Source: Yuukianura sp. NJ FZ-2021
Taxonomy: Eukaryota
Assembly (NCBI GenBank): GCA_046563655.1
Contig: CM102283.1
Location: 6,324,001 to 6,388,000, forward strand
Length of the DNA: 64,000 bases
Direction: 5' to 3'
Below are positions 49,101 through 64,000 of this stretch, in pieces. A model generated the notes under the pieces. That model made no database searches. It was not told the origin of the DNA and saw only the letters and a program-made list of their open reading frames with translations. The translations under genes and the position numbers were made by a program. Position 1 is the stretch's first letter, and every line of letters starts with the position of its first letter.

Positions 49101-52100
49101 GCAAGGAGTGGGAGCCAATGCTCTGCGCGTTGCCGTTTCCGTGCTTTGTAGCACATATTCGTTGGTATCTGAAGACCAACAACAAAGGAAATCTGCAAGG
49201 TCTCGGTGATAACGTCCTGAAGTTACGTTATGTGGAATATTTGTCCATTCGGAGTCGGAAGTGTACCCAGTTTCTTCTGGGACTACTGACTGCATATGGA
49301 CCTAACATCTTGGCCTACCCCCTCAGGGTTCTTCAGATCTTGCACAAACGAGAGTTACTGGATTCTTCAAAGAGGCTGTGCACTGTGCTTGCTTTACTGG
49401 ATTTTCCCAAGACCGATTATACCAATATATTCAATACCACACTCCCGGTGAAGACTCAAGAGCAGGTAATTCGGTTTTTCATCCTCCGATATTCGTTTTA
49501 AATTTTTCTTTTACGTAATGCCATACTGGAATACCAAATCCTAAATTCATACCGCCGCTTGCTAAGTATATTTCTATTTGTAGTGTCAGCGTGCGTCCCC
49601 TTCGCCTACTACTACGAACATACCGTCGTTGCTGACGATGACTCCACAGCCACATACGTCTAGAGACATGACGCAAGGAATGCTTCCAACTCAAGCAGAA
49701 GGAATATTGCCAATTCCAGCTCCAGCAAAAAGCCATACGACTTGGAACGGAAATAACAACATAAGCACGGAAGAGTTGACTATATCGTCAGAAACGTTCT
49801 TTGAATCCGTATCGCCATCTTGGAAGCAATTCTATGGAGAGGGAAACGCTAAGCCCGTCCCAGGGAACTGGTTTAGCAGATACAAATCACAATTTCCCGA
49901 ACCGAATGATGGAAATGGAATTTTGAAGAACTGTATAACACTTCTTCTCCAAAATAGGAGAACTATTGGCGACGACAAAGCAGCGGTAATCCCACGTTTT
50001 GCTGATGAGTTTCCTGAAGCTTACGAAGATATTGAAAGCATCGAGCAGAGCCTAAGGACCTCAGTTCCAAAGCATCCCAACGTGGAACGATCTCCAGGCA
50101 GTGGGTATTATCATCATTTGATGTCCAACAACAAATCACTTCTGCAAGCAGCCTTAGTGGCGCCGGTGGAATTGAATCCAAGAAGCTCAAATGCACCAAA
50201 AAATCCTGCGGCTGTTTTCCAGCCAACCGACTGGTGTCCAAGTCGCAGTGTATTTCCATTTCCAGCCTTTGAGGTTTAATTTCAATTTTTAAAAGTTTGT
50301 TTATATCCGCACCCTTTTGAGTTTTTAAAAAGATTTTGATTTCAGGCTCATGTCAAATGGTACGTCAAACGCAATGCAGGGCATACTCTGGACTTGGATA
50401 CAGAAGTCATGAAGCTGCGATTTATAGAATACGTGTCAAGTTTCATGGTGAACACGAACCAATTCCTACTCTGTGTGTTTTCAGCCTATGGCCCACATGT
50501 GCTCAATTATCCTGTTAGAATTTTGGAAATTCTGAAGCAACGTAAGCTGCTGAAACCTGGAACCAAATTATTTGATGTTATCAAGCCGGCGGTGCAAAAA
50601 GCGTACTGCCGTATTGTTGCTGCTGCTGTGCCAGTGATGACAAACGAGAATTTAAAACAGGCAAATACTGTGGTACAACAATCAACGACAAGCAAGCAGA
50701 ATTCGGTAAGGACGTATACGTTCATTGTAATCGAATTGTCATCTCTTAGGAACCACTCATCACATGTATTTTCACTTTTAACAGTTGACTGTTGATTGCA
50801 AATCTGAGTCTTCCCCGTCAACTGCATCTTCGTCTCCTGCTCTACCTAAACCTAAAAGTGCAAGTACGCCTCTTCCAGAAAGCACGTTTTCGGATTGGCG
50901 AAAAGAATGTGAGAAAGCGTTAAAAGAGATTCGCAAAGACTGCCCCATTCCACTCGATATTCCGGAAGAGTATTTCGAAGAATTGTATGAAAGCTACTCT
51001 GAATTGGCTGGAGATGACCTCACGAATTCCAATGCCTTTCGGTTGTTTATTCTTGGAGTCTGGACTGGAAGTCATCTCATGAATTTCAAGTCCGAAGGTA
51101 CGCCGGAACCCACACCAAGTAGGCCAGAATCACGTCTTAACTCGGAGTCATCGAGCTTTAGCCGAAGCCAATCAGAAAGCATGAATGAACCTATGACTGT
51201 TGCTGTTGCACGAGAAGTTACCGCATATGTTGGTACTGGTCGTTCCCGCTCTGGCTCAGCGGCTGAGTCTTCAGTTGCACCTGAACGCTCTCTTGTATCG
51301 TGTTTTCCGGGAACTGGAGAATTACGTATTGATGACGCTGGTGTTCGGCTGATCCAAAGCTTCGGAAGTACTTTACGTCAAAGCGTTGAGATTATCCACA
51401 ACTCTTTTGTGAGAGCTAGAAAACTGGAACTCGAAACGCTTGATAGAATCGAAGATGAATTTTCGGGTAATTTTCTTTACTAACATTAGAGTTCCTAGTC
51501 TTATTTTCTGCAACTTATTTTTTTTTATATGATAGGTGTGGGAATGCGTGAGTTTGTGAAGGAATTGTCCTGGCGTATCTGCTGGCTTTCTAACGAGGAT
51601 GATATAAAATTGACTGCAAATCTTATCCAGAAACTCGTCGAGAAGAAATTGATTTCACAGCCATATGTAAGTAAACTGTGTAATTTTGATGCAGAATTAA
51701 TTTTTAGATACAGAGTTACGAGATGTTTGAATTTTAATTACCGATTTTTTCTATTTCTTCATAGGTGATCGACAGTGTGCGGCGTGGCGTGATCAAAAAT
51801 TTACCAGAACTGCTGGTAAAGATTCTCAACGTGAGTTTCATAAAAAAAAAGACTGATTGATAATTAGTTAATTGATTGATTTCATGATTAATTTAATGTT
51901 CCACAGGTTACTGGCCGAGTGTCGTCGTTTCTTGCGTACTTGTTTCTTGGAGAGGACGATTTTTGTTGGTTTATAACGCTGACTGAAGACTTACGTCGTG
52001 ACTTTGTGCCTGTTTGGATGGATTTGTTCAAAAAGACAACTGAAGTTCTCAAGCGAAAGACTTCAGAAGTGGCAGTACGTGAACTGTTTTCCAGAACTCC

Positions 52101-52125
52101 TGGTGCTCAAGATATCATTGGGTGA
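46170..52125 (+). CDS. Uncharacterised ~1,640-aa protein, 11 exons: four copies of an unrecognised ~230-270 aa domain and a helical (MA3/HEAT-like?) C-terminus
   Basis: ORFs 46170, 47349, 47620, 48839, 49629, 50394, 50785, 51529 and 51919 join through phase-compatible GT-AG introns. Recurring SLLQ, LPF, KLRY/FVEY and QFLL...AYG...YP.RVL motifs. Confidence 0.8.
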
Positions 52126-52966
52126 AAAGAAGTGCTTAAGTGTAGCTTGTACTACAGAAATTACGTTTGTATGCGCATGTAAGAATGTTTAATTGTGTAA
52201 CGTGTTGTGTATGGCACATGATTATTTTTGAACAGAATTATGTTCACCTGATTAATTATAATCGTGTTGCAAATGCAATTTATGTGCCTTACTAATCAAG
52301 GTCAAATGCGAGACTCATACTAAGTCAAGACTAGTTTCAGAAAATCCTGAAAAGTGTTTTTTGAACTTCTTCTGAACTTTGTAGTTTGGTTGTAATTTGA
52401 ATGTCTTCCAGCTTACTATTCTTGTCAGCAATCATTTTTCGGAGGAGTGTATTCGGCTTTTGATTAATTCAAAATAATTAAGCGAAATTGCAACTAATAA
52501 TTCGACCTTATTTTTGTCACTTTGATCGGCCTTAAGTAAATATTGGAAAATTGGGGATTTTTTTGAGGTCATGTTCGTTGTTTTGAGTTTTTTGATACTT
52601 TCAAAAAATGCTGTTCGAAATGACTTGTCACTTTTGGTTTTATGTTCGTCCTACCATACCAAAAATAGAAAAACTTTCACTTTTTTGAAACTTTTTTTGG
52701 ACTCTGCTGTTCAACAGAAAAAGGGAAATCTGAAGCTATAAGTTCAAAAAAATAGAGCAAAGTGATCACCTTTTGGAAAATGGTTTCTAAAAATCCTAAT
52801 GTTTTTATTTCCCTTGAGGTTTTAAAATACAAAAATCTTTTCTTTTTTCTTAGTAAAAACTAAATCTTAGCGTTCCTAATTCCATAAAGTAATTTAAAAT
52901 CTACTGGTTGAATTTCTGGGCTTGTGATGTTCTTAAATTCAAATTAAAAATGCGTAATGTCGAGAT

Positions 52967-55638
52967 TTAGAAGAATCCGTCTCCTGTTGGATCGTTCAGC
53001 CAGGGGAAGTTTGATGGGCTATAAAAAAAATTAATCAGGATTAATTTATATTAATTAAAATAACTATATTAATGTATATTTGTTAGTTTTAGTCAAAGTT
53101 AGGTAATTGCCCCTTACCATCTCATGCAAGTGTGAAGACGAATAGTTTCTCCAGGGATTTCCTTGCTAGTGAGGGAGCAACTGTTGGGCACCAGACAACT
53201 ACGACTGTCAACGACATTGCACTTGTCTTTCCATGGGTCAAAGTTCTTGATTTCAGACAAAGTTCTTGGATTTTGGATCCATTGAATGACTTGCGTCATT
53301 GTGACAAAGTAAGCATCCGGGTATTTCTGAATCACTTCGTCAATCCAGAACAGAAAAGCTTCCAGAAACTCCGGATTGTTTTTCAACCAAGCTGCGTGGA
53401 AGTACAGACCCAGCGGAGCTCGATTTTGAAGGTAATGTCTAAAAAGTATTTTAAAAATTTAAGTTGAAATTTCTAAACTAATTCATTTTTTTTTTGAAAT
53501 TTTAGAAATTACCGCTCGAAGTTGTAGTTGAGGAAATTGTAAAACTGGTCACCAGTCAGAATGTTGTTGCAACTGTCGACCATAGCACATCCAGCCAGTT
53601 CTTCGTCAATGGTCGGATCCTCTCGTCGGTCAAGTTCGTTCATCACAATTTCCCAGACAGCATGAGACCGTGTTGGACAATTTTGAAGATTTCCGTGACA
53701 TTTATGTGGCATCCGGAAGTACATTGTGTATGGCCAGAGTGGTGGATTCGTCAGAGAGGCTGTGACGGTAGAATCGTACAGAAATGCTTGTTCTTCCATC
53801 ATCACAAACTGATTGTTCCCGCCAACTCGGAGGTATGGAGCTCTTAAACCAACGATTGAATTGTCGGTGATGTTTGAAAACTTTTCGATAATGATGCGCA
53901 TGCCTGCCATCTCTTTGGCCCAGTCATCAACTGTTGCGTTGGTCCAAAAGTTTTCATTGTCATTGTGGGTTATAGAATGCGAAGCAATTTCGTGTCCACG
54001 ACGATGGAGATCCTAAAATTTTTGAAAACCGGATTTGAAATTTTATTTTTAGATTGGACGAGGAGAGAGAAATTTCTAAATTTTTCAAAAAATTGTTAAC
54101 CTGGACTGCGGAGTAGTTGGTGTACTTGTGAGAAAGGAAGAACGTGGCCTTGATGTTGCATCCGTTTGGATTTTTCCTGTTCTTGAAAATTTCATCGTAC
54201 AACTCAATGTTGTTGTTGTTCACAGCATCATCAAAAGTGACTGTAATCATCTGCGGAATGTCTTTGGCCTTGAGGTCACCAGGAATGGATGTCCCATCTT
54301 CTGAGCAAAAACAGTCTGGGAGGACACATACTGACTTGTCACAGGGTGGAGCTCTGTTTGGATCATTGTTGATGTCACAGTAAGTTTCATCAGATCCATC
54401 CTATGTAAAAACCAGAGGTCAGTGGCACAAAGGTCATCAACTTTTAAAAACAAATTTGTCAATTAACATGCAAAAACTAACTTACAGCACAGTCTTTTTC
54501 TGAGTTACAGAACAGTTCTCTGACAATACATGTGCCATCTCCACAGGCCAAGTGACCATCCTGACACAGCGGCTCATCCGTATACAAAAGTGGCTTCACC
54601 TGGAGCATAATTCAGTCAAATTAACTTTTTTAGTTTTCATGCAATGAAATGATTCAATTGCATGTAATTTGCAACTTGTTATGCACAAAACTCACCCTGC
54701 GTTCCTTATTTTTCTTTAGGCAATTCTTGACAGCCTCTTTCCAGTCACAAGTTTGCTTTTCTATGTCAAAGGCCAAACCTGCAGGACATCTAATAGCCTG
54801 AAGACCGGAGTTCGTACATTGAATTACATCTCGACAGCCATCGCCTTCTCCACCGACCAATCGGAACCATTCTCCAGCCTCCTTGTCCTTACACAGCTCC
54901 TTTTCAAATTCCTCTGTTGACTTGTCTCCATCTTGTCCTGGAACATCAACGCCCAACAAACATTGAATCAGACTGGTCCATTTCCTGGCATTCTAAGCTT
55001 ATATGTCCCTTGTGATTAATTATAGTAACTAGTAAGTCATGGGAAGGGCGTTTCAATTAAGGAAATGCCTTAAAGGTTATCAAAAGAACACAAAACCTTG
55101 AACCTTGAACAAAAAAGGAGACAAAACAGAAATGGCGAACGTAAATTGCGAAATGCTTGGAAAAAACCTAGTATGACTCATCAGAAATTTACAAATTGCA
55201 GTTTCTCAAGGGAACGCACCATTTTTCTGATGCAAATCATCTGCATCTAGGACTAATTTCCAAAGAAACTGCTTGGAATATGGACTAAGGTCAAAGGTCA
55301 ATGACGCTAAAGTTTGAAATTTAGCGCCACTACATTCTTTAAACTAAAGTGAAATCCTCGGTTCAAAATGGCGCCAAGGACAAGTTTGAACTCAACTCAT
55401 CAAGGAATGTTTTGGAGAAACAGAGTTCTGCGCAGCGTGGGTGTCAAACGCCGGCCATGAAACGACACCCTCATACGAAATCGAGCCAAAAATTGCGCCA
55501 ATTTTCGAAAACCAAAAACAGCAACATGGATGCTGGTCTACTTTTAATCATCTTGAGATCAGAAAAAGAAAAAGCTCTTTAGTTACCGTGAATTGTGATG
55601 GTGAGCGACAAAAGGAGGAGGAGGAAGAGCGACTTCAT
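52967..55638 (-). CDS. CDA1: Chitin deacetylase 1 (serpentine-like; chitin-binding + LDLa + CDA domains)
   Basis: Signal exon MKSLFLLLLLSLTITIH; CBM14 KELCKDKEAGEWFRL...CPAGLAFD; LDLa; TFDDA, HSITH and RAPYL motifs; ends FPWLNDPTGDGFF*. Confidence 0.92.
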
Positions 55639-57265
55639 TGTCTTCCTACTTTGAAAAAGTTCCTCCCTTCAGAATCTGCGCTCTAATTCTTGATTTCCGT
55701 CAGAGAATCTTGATTAATTGAGCAGCAAAAGTCCAATTTGAGGTCAACTGATGGGTGACACTGATGTAAGATGCAGTAATGACCAGAATATCCAAATGCT
55801 TTGACTGTGTGACAGACAATAAACTGTTAGTTGTTGTCTTCCCCTGAGCAGGATGTGTAATGACCACTAGGCAAAACTTGTTCTTCAAAGGGAAGGAAAA
55901 TTCAAAAGCTCAAGGGATGAAATTAATTGGCATTGGAAGTTGGCAGGGCTCCTTTATTGCTACAGTTCTGCCTCAACTTACTACCAAAGTTATACTGCTA
56001 AACATTTCTACTGCCTCTACATTAACGTTAACTTTAGCATTATTGTTGGCAAGGAGAGAGCCTACAGGGATACGCCAACATTCATTTTCCAAAGGCATCC
56101 ACCCCTTACAACAATATCCTCCCCCTGGTTACCCCCAACTTGAAAAAGAGAAAGGGAAACTTATTTTCCATTCGTAATGCTACCAATTCCTAATTTTAGT
56201 CATTCTGCCCTAAATTTCAATTTAAATTAGGTTAGGAGACTAATCTACTCTTCCCATGCAAGCCCTTAGAAAAGTACCCCCTCTAGAGCAACAACAGTGC
56301 CCTTCATCCATGAAGAAACATGAAAGTTTTTGTTTGTGCTTAACATTGTAACTTGTCACCTCCAGCAATCAATCATGCTTTTGAAATGTTTAGAATTTAC
56401 GATTTTTCAAGGTGCTTCGCAATTTAAGAGAAAAAGACAGTACTTACTCATCTTCTTGTTTTTCATTGTCCTCGCTATGCAATTCTGAACACATCTTAAG
56501 CTTTAAGGACCTCAAGCATCAAGTTTTTGCTTAGGAAAGGGAGAAGTCATCCCCTTCATCTTCACAAGTCACGATGTCACATGCCTTTAAGCTGCTTAAG
56601 AACATGATGCATGATGCTTAAGTAGTTATGTGAGGATGTAGAAATTATTATGTCATATTATTACATATTAATTTAACATTTCATAACCAAACCGGCGGCA
56701 TCCTCCCATGTCCATTTTACACACTTTCTGGTTGTTAGGATTGAGAATATTTTATACAAGCCCAGAAGGAAGTAAACCACAGAGGCGGTAAAGCCAGTGG
56801 TTAATGTTAGCCTTAAAACAGTATGTAAGTAAGTTAAAGTAATAAAGATAGTAAGTAGTGACAGGAAAAGTTACTATATGTTTTGTATAAGTCTGCAAAC
56901 TGCTCACTACAACGAGAGTAATAACTGGCGAAAAAAAGTAATTAGGGGAGTTACCTGAGAATTGTATATTACCTTGTTGCAATTTGCAAATTAGTTGCAA
57001 TTTTCTGATTCCCAATTGCCTCCCTTGCTGATCGTTTGTAACTAACTAATTGAGGAAGTTGGTCAGTTATAGCTTCTTGATTTTGGTCGTTTTTTTGCAT
57101 TCAATTTCTTACATGATTTTTTTTCATGTTTTTAGCTTTTATGTTTCAAGGGATTTTATGAAAAAAATGTACCCTTCACCGATTTTTTAACTGATCATGA
57201 ATTCAGTTCTTGCAGCGTCACATGACTTAAGGCGTTTTTGAGCGTTAACTTCCGAATATTCCTTC

Positions 57266-57345
57266 AGCGGCAGCTTCGTAACATTCTTTCCGCGGTAACT
57301 TCGTAACATTATTCTTTCCGCGGTAGCTTCATAACATTCTTGCAG
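57266..57345. repeat. Short tandem repeat (~24-27 bp x3, CTTC(G/A)TAACATT...TTCCGCGGTA) inside a probable non-autonomous element fragment
   Basis: Three consecutive CTTC(G/A)TAACATT units. The surrounding 57200-57516 contains repeated TTGCAGC motifs. Confidence 0.55.
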
Positions 57346-58362
57346 CACCTTCAAAGCGTTTTTCAGCAGTATCTTCACAACAACGTGCTTTCAGTGCTAC
57401 CATTACGTTGTTGCAGCAGTACTGTTTAGTACTTTCACAAAAACGCCTTGCAGCAGTAGTGGCAGTTGTACTTGAAGTACTTTAGTCGGTTGCTGAAAAG
57501 GAGTTTAGCTGTGGGAACGCCAGGCTGAGAGCGCCATCTGCCGGAAATTAAGATTTATTTGGCGCTAAAATTCAAAAATGTAATTTTAAAAACTACTAAA
57601 AAATAAAACACAATCGAAAAGGGAGAACTCCTTTGAGAAATGGCAAATGCTTATGATCATTCATGAACAGGAACACGAAAGCTTGACGATGACGATGGAA
57701 CGATCTTGTGGTGTTTCTCTCCAGTGTTGTAGATGTGCAAAATGGACTAGACTATGAGGAAGTTTGCAAAGTTCGCAAAATTATGGATGATTCGAGAATC
57801 GCGAACTTGCGTTTACTTTAGTGTTTGGCATTTGACGAGGACGAGGGACGTTTGGCATAACTTCTTGTTGAGTTTGAGTCTCCAGACGGGGATTTTAGTA
57901 ATGAATTTAGTAGACGAAGAATAAGGAGGGGACGTGAAAAGAAGAAGATTTCTAGGGTAGGATAGTTTTAAACGTAAAAAATCTCAAGTCAATTACTTTC
58001 TACTTATACAAGACCACGAAACGACTCAAATCAAGAACAAACCTCTTTCGTTAGAAGCCTAGTACTCACATAAAGAGAGTCCAAATCTCAAACTACTCAA
58101 CTTGAAGTGTTAACTTTTTATTTGGACTCTGGTATGGTCGTAGTTGGTTGGTGGATAAGCATTTCAATTAAGTAATTGAGTTCACTTAGATTCTTTGGAT
58201 TGATCTTTTTCTGCAAAAGATCAATCAGTTGAACAAGGATTTCTCAGTAACTCAAGTCTCCATCACATCCCGTCAACTGAATGGTTGCTAATTTTTCAAA
58301 TAGAGATTTCTCTAAGTCAATGGTTCATACACACGGCTTTACGTTTTCAAACGTCTTCGAAA

Positions 58363-59237
58363 ATGGCAATGGTAAGCCCTCCGGAACCAACACTTATGAT
58401 GGATATGATTTATGTAAGAATGGCTAACTAATTGATGCGTATTTTGTACTTCCTAGGTGCGAATTCCAGGTTCATCCTCGCATATCGAGTATAAGAACTA
58501 TTCCTTCCTCATTACGGAGAGACCAAATGACCTCATCATGCAGAGTTACATTGACGACTTGAAGAAGTACCAAGTGACCCATGTCGTCAGGGTATGCGAG
58601 CCCACATATTCCACTGACAAGTTGGAACAGAATGGAATTGGCGTTATGGACCTTAGCTTCTCAGACGGCACACCACCTCCACAAGAGGTTAGGAGCCCAT
58701 GACCTTCAAGTGTAACCCTGTGACTTCCTCCAAGTGATTATGAATGTGGCTGTACTTAATTCATTGATTAATCTAATGCGATTGTTCTGTTACAGGTGAT
58801 TGATAGCTGGTTTAATTTATTGCGAACAAAATACGCTGGCCATCCAGGAACAGCTGTTGCCGTGCATTGCGTTGCAGGTTAGTTCTGTGACGGTGTGAGA
58901 TATCCGCCCGTCACAGTCCACAAAGTACTTCCGATTCTTAGAATAATATTAACCAGAAGTTAACTTTTTAATAGGTCTAGGACGTGCCCCAGTTCTCGTT
59001 GCTCTAGCTTTGATGGAACTTGGCATGAAGTATGAGGATGCAGTGGAACTTATCCGATCGTAAGTACCATCTAAAGTCTATAATCTAGTTAATCATGTTG
59101 GTAATTAACTTAATCTTTTGTTTAGAAAACGCCGTGGAGCTATAAACGCAAAGCAGTTGGGTTTCCTAGAGAAATACAAGTCCAAGTCAAGACTTAGGAA
59201 GGCCAATGGAACTGATGGTAGTTGCAGCATCTCCTAA
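58363..59237 (+). CDS. PRL-1: Protein tyrosine phosphatase type IVA (PRL-1-like), prenylated
   Basis: [47 protein letters not shown]-terminal CAAX-like CSIS*. Confidence 0.92.
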
Positions 59238-59871
59238 AAAATCAGCAGCAGGAGCTTCGTCGACCTTCTGCCACCGTGATTCCCTTTTAGTTGTCTCTTT
59301 CTCTACTTTACTTAAATATTCATTATTCTCTCATGAAGAATATACTTATCATAAGCTGGATAATAAATGTGTCAAAAAACCCCCATTCAGTATTTCCGGT
59401 GGACAAACTGACCTTGACCAAACTATTGTTAAACAGCAACACTACTTTCTTATGTCCACTTTCTCCCAGAAACAAACAAAACTTAATTTTCTATTATTTC
59501 AACTGAATCAAACACCATGAAGATAAGGATCTAAAGCCCCACCAATTGTAAATTAATGATGCTCATTAAAAGATTTGTAAAAACACAAGACTTGGCCAAC
59601 TTAGACTGAAACAAGAGACAAATTTATTATGTACTTAGAATCGTAAGTGTAGTTCCAATTGAAACTCCCAAACATTGTTGATGCTGAAGACTCCTTGCGA
59701 CGAAAAGAACGGGGCAGGGAAGGTGGCGGATGGGATTTTGGGTGGGGTGTCAGAGCATACAGACAAAAAGAACAGAAAGTGGTGGCTTCCTTGGTTTTGG
59801 TAAATTGAGTGTGACAAAAAGTAACTGCTGACTCTTCCACTAAAAAAACAGTAAGGTGAGGTGACTGCTTC

Positions 59872-61514
<1,643 letters not shown>

Positions 61515-63028
61515 CTTTACTTAGACTGACGAGTAAAGGTCCCGGTTTGAGAGATCGACTGCAAAACACAAAGAAAAATCTCTGTAAGATAAAGACTCTT
61601 CTAAACTAAAACGATATCGATTGAAACTAATGTTCAAAAGAAAGTATCGATCTCTTTCGTTCACAATGACTTGTCCTTTCTCATGAACTAGGTAGGAAGT
61701 GTAAAATGAGTCAGACTATCATGACGAAGGCGAATGATTACTACTATTACAAACTACCCTACTGTTACTATGACTGTCTTGCCCTCGTGCCTTTGTAATG
61801 CGGCGGAATTGCAGAGACGGGTCCGGCACGATTGAAGGACAAGTGAATCCGAAACGCAATGACTGACTGGATCTTTTACGAGTGTGGTTACTTGTTAAGG
61901 TGTGATTAGTGGTAGTTTAATTGATGATTACCTCTGTGTTGGAAGAAGCGGACGGTGGAGTAGGTGTTGGTTGAGTAATTGGTTGTTCGGTGGTAGTTGG
62001 GTATCGGTATCCAAATCCAAGAATTGTCGTAGTTCTTCCTTCTACGTCTCTGCCTTGGTCGTGTGGTGCCTGTCTCCAGCTATATAGGCGGCAGCAGGGC
62101 GTGGTGGACTATAGGCAGACGCTCCACTCCCCCTCTATCTCCCACCCCTCTGCATCACTTTCATGCCACCAGAGGGCTTTCCCTGCAACCAACACGCATA
62201 CGCAACTACTCAATCAATCGTTAATCCAATCAATCGATCCATAAACTATAGTAATTTCACTCACCTTCAATTAATTTAGAAGTACTCTGTAAAAAGTGGA
62301 GTCGCCAGTATTCAATTGGACATCAGATTTTGGAAAGAGGCGATGAGTAAATTTTGTTCCTGAAGATGCATCTTCAACAGCAATGAAGATGAAGCGATGG
62401 GTGGATCCTGAAACCAAAATAAAAAAGAACATTTAGTATTTAGTTTTCTACATTTAAGAAAATGACGAATAAAGTTAATTAAATTCCGTATTTAGTAATA
62501 AACGGTAGTACAATTAATAGATTTTTAACATTTGCTTGGCAAAGGCCGAACTCAAAAAATATTCAACTTCAAATGACAGAGAAATATAAAAAGTCACTTG
62601 AAAAACAAACTTAACTTTTAGAATCATCGGTATAATAGAAATTCGTATTGTTGAAAACATTCCAAAATTTTGAAATTGTTTTCATTTCAGGATTATGGGG
62701 AAAATGTTCATACACAACAGGCGTCAACTTTGCATTTGCAAAAAAAAAAATATTGAATTTTTTAAACATTAGCTTGTCACTTTCTATAGTGTCATTTAGC
62801 AGCAGTGGAGCATGTTTGTGTAGAATTGAAGGAATTACAATTTCGTGAATTGAAATTGAAAATCTTCCAAAATGTTCAAAAAACAATTTTTTGGTGAACA
62901 ATTTCAATTTTGAAGTGACGCTTTTTTGAATTTGTGAGGCGAAAGGTAATGTTTACTGAAAGTGAAACGCAATCCGATAAGCCTACCGGGAAAAGTCCAC
63001 ATTCAAATACCGTTTCCACTGCTATCCC

Positions 63029-63292
63029 CGGTTGAAGTAAGCTTTAACGACCATCATTGTGGCCGCACAATGTAGCCAGTAGCCACTCCAAAATTTTGAG
63101 TGGCTACGGCTAGGGCTACAATATGTAGCAACTTATGTTGCCACTTTAGGTTAGGTGTTTTTGCGATAAAGCGGCTACTTAAGTTGTTGCCAATGTAGCC
63201 TCCCATTGTAGCTACTGAAAATGGTCGAGTGGCTACACTGTACGTCTACACAGTGGGTCTACCACCGTGGTCGTTAAAGTTTATGGCAACCG
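63029..63292. mobile_element. MITE-like non-autonomous element (~264 bp)
   Basis: Perfect inverted core CTTTAACGACCA (63042-63053) / TGGTCGTTAAAG (63268-63279), extendable to 25 bp with 4 mismatches. Internal inverted GTAGCCACTC/GAGTGGCTAC motifs; no ORF. Confidence 0.6.
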
Positions 63293-63566
63293 CTTTTCCC
63301 TGTCCAAAATCCATATTCCACCTTAAAATTTTGAACTTCAATTCAATTAATTGCCTGTCTCACACCTAATACCTTAGGTAATTGTGAGTTAAATTAAAGT
63401 GGACAGAAACGTATGGAGAAGTAGGAGTGGAAGTGTCATTGTGACTTTAAGAAAAACAGATGCTTGACCTTGATGCTTTCGATTGAAGAAAGTTAAACCG
63501 AAACTCATCATTTTAAAACAACTCGACAAATCTGGAAGAGGAAGTTAACTTACATCTGGGACTGAG

Positions 63567-64000
63567 ATGGTAACTGATTCGGATCTGGACGAGTGGATAG
63601 CATTGGTCAAGAAATGCAAATATCTTCCAGAAACTTATCTTAAGGTAAGAAAATAACTAACAAATAACACTAACAATTTCCTAATAACAATTGTTATCTA
63701 ACCATGGACATAATCAATTCTAGTATCTGTCATTCTCAACATTATTTAGAAACTGTGCGCTCTGGTGTCGGAGATTCTAGTGGAAGAGCCTAACATAGTC
63801 CCTATTACTACACCTGTAACGATTTGTGGAGACATTCATGGACAGGTAACGAAACTAGAAAGTTAACTGAAGGCCTTGTACTTGAAATGACAACGACAAG
63901 GACAAGGGCATGACAATGAAAAATGGAAATGTAACGTGCCAATGTTTCGGATACTTTTGTTTTTCAGTTTTACGATTTGGAGGAACTGTTTCGACAAGGA
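63567..64000 (+). CDS. PPP6C: Ser/Thr phosphatase, PP6 catalytic subunit-like, 5' part (runs off the window)
   Basis: [17 protein letters not shown] (PP6-type CKYLPE), [20 protein letters not shown]. Confidence 0.8.

Overview
Eukaryotic, gene-dense window with mostly short introns from an arthropod genome (hexapod-like; a springtail is plausible but cannot be shown from this window). It holds about 20 protein-coding genes. In order: the 3' part of swiss cheese/NTE (PNPLA6/7), FPGS, MON1, NO66, an mRNA-capping-enzyme paralogue, SPAG7, RPA3, a large basic protein with a C-terminal alpha-crystallin-like domain, a peptide GPCR carrying a nested antisense SAXO-like gene, a small FAM104/VCF-like gene, an orphan type-I membrane protein, muscle myosin heavy chain, an RDL-like GABA-gated chloride channel, ZNF706, a ~1,640-aa orphan protein with four copies of an unrecognised domain, chitin deacetylase 1, PRL-1, 14-3-3zeta and the start of PP6. 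The five most interesting observations: (1) a duplicated 117-nt exon in sws swaps the catalytic DGG motif for DGC, and a long-range RNA duplex covers the second copy's splice donor, with hairpins on either side; (2) the capping-enzyme paralogue keeps its RNA triphosphatase but its guanylyltransferase catalytic motifs are lost; (3) the RDL-like subunit has Tyr at the M2 2' (A302-equivalent) insecticide-resistance site; (4) the 14-3-3zeta mutually exclusive exons have a visible docking/selector pairing; (5) the four-repeat orphan protein. All gene identities come from recalled motif and family knowledge, not database searches. Exon boundaries were inferred by eye.
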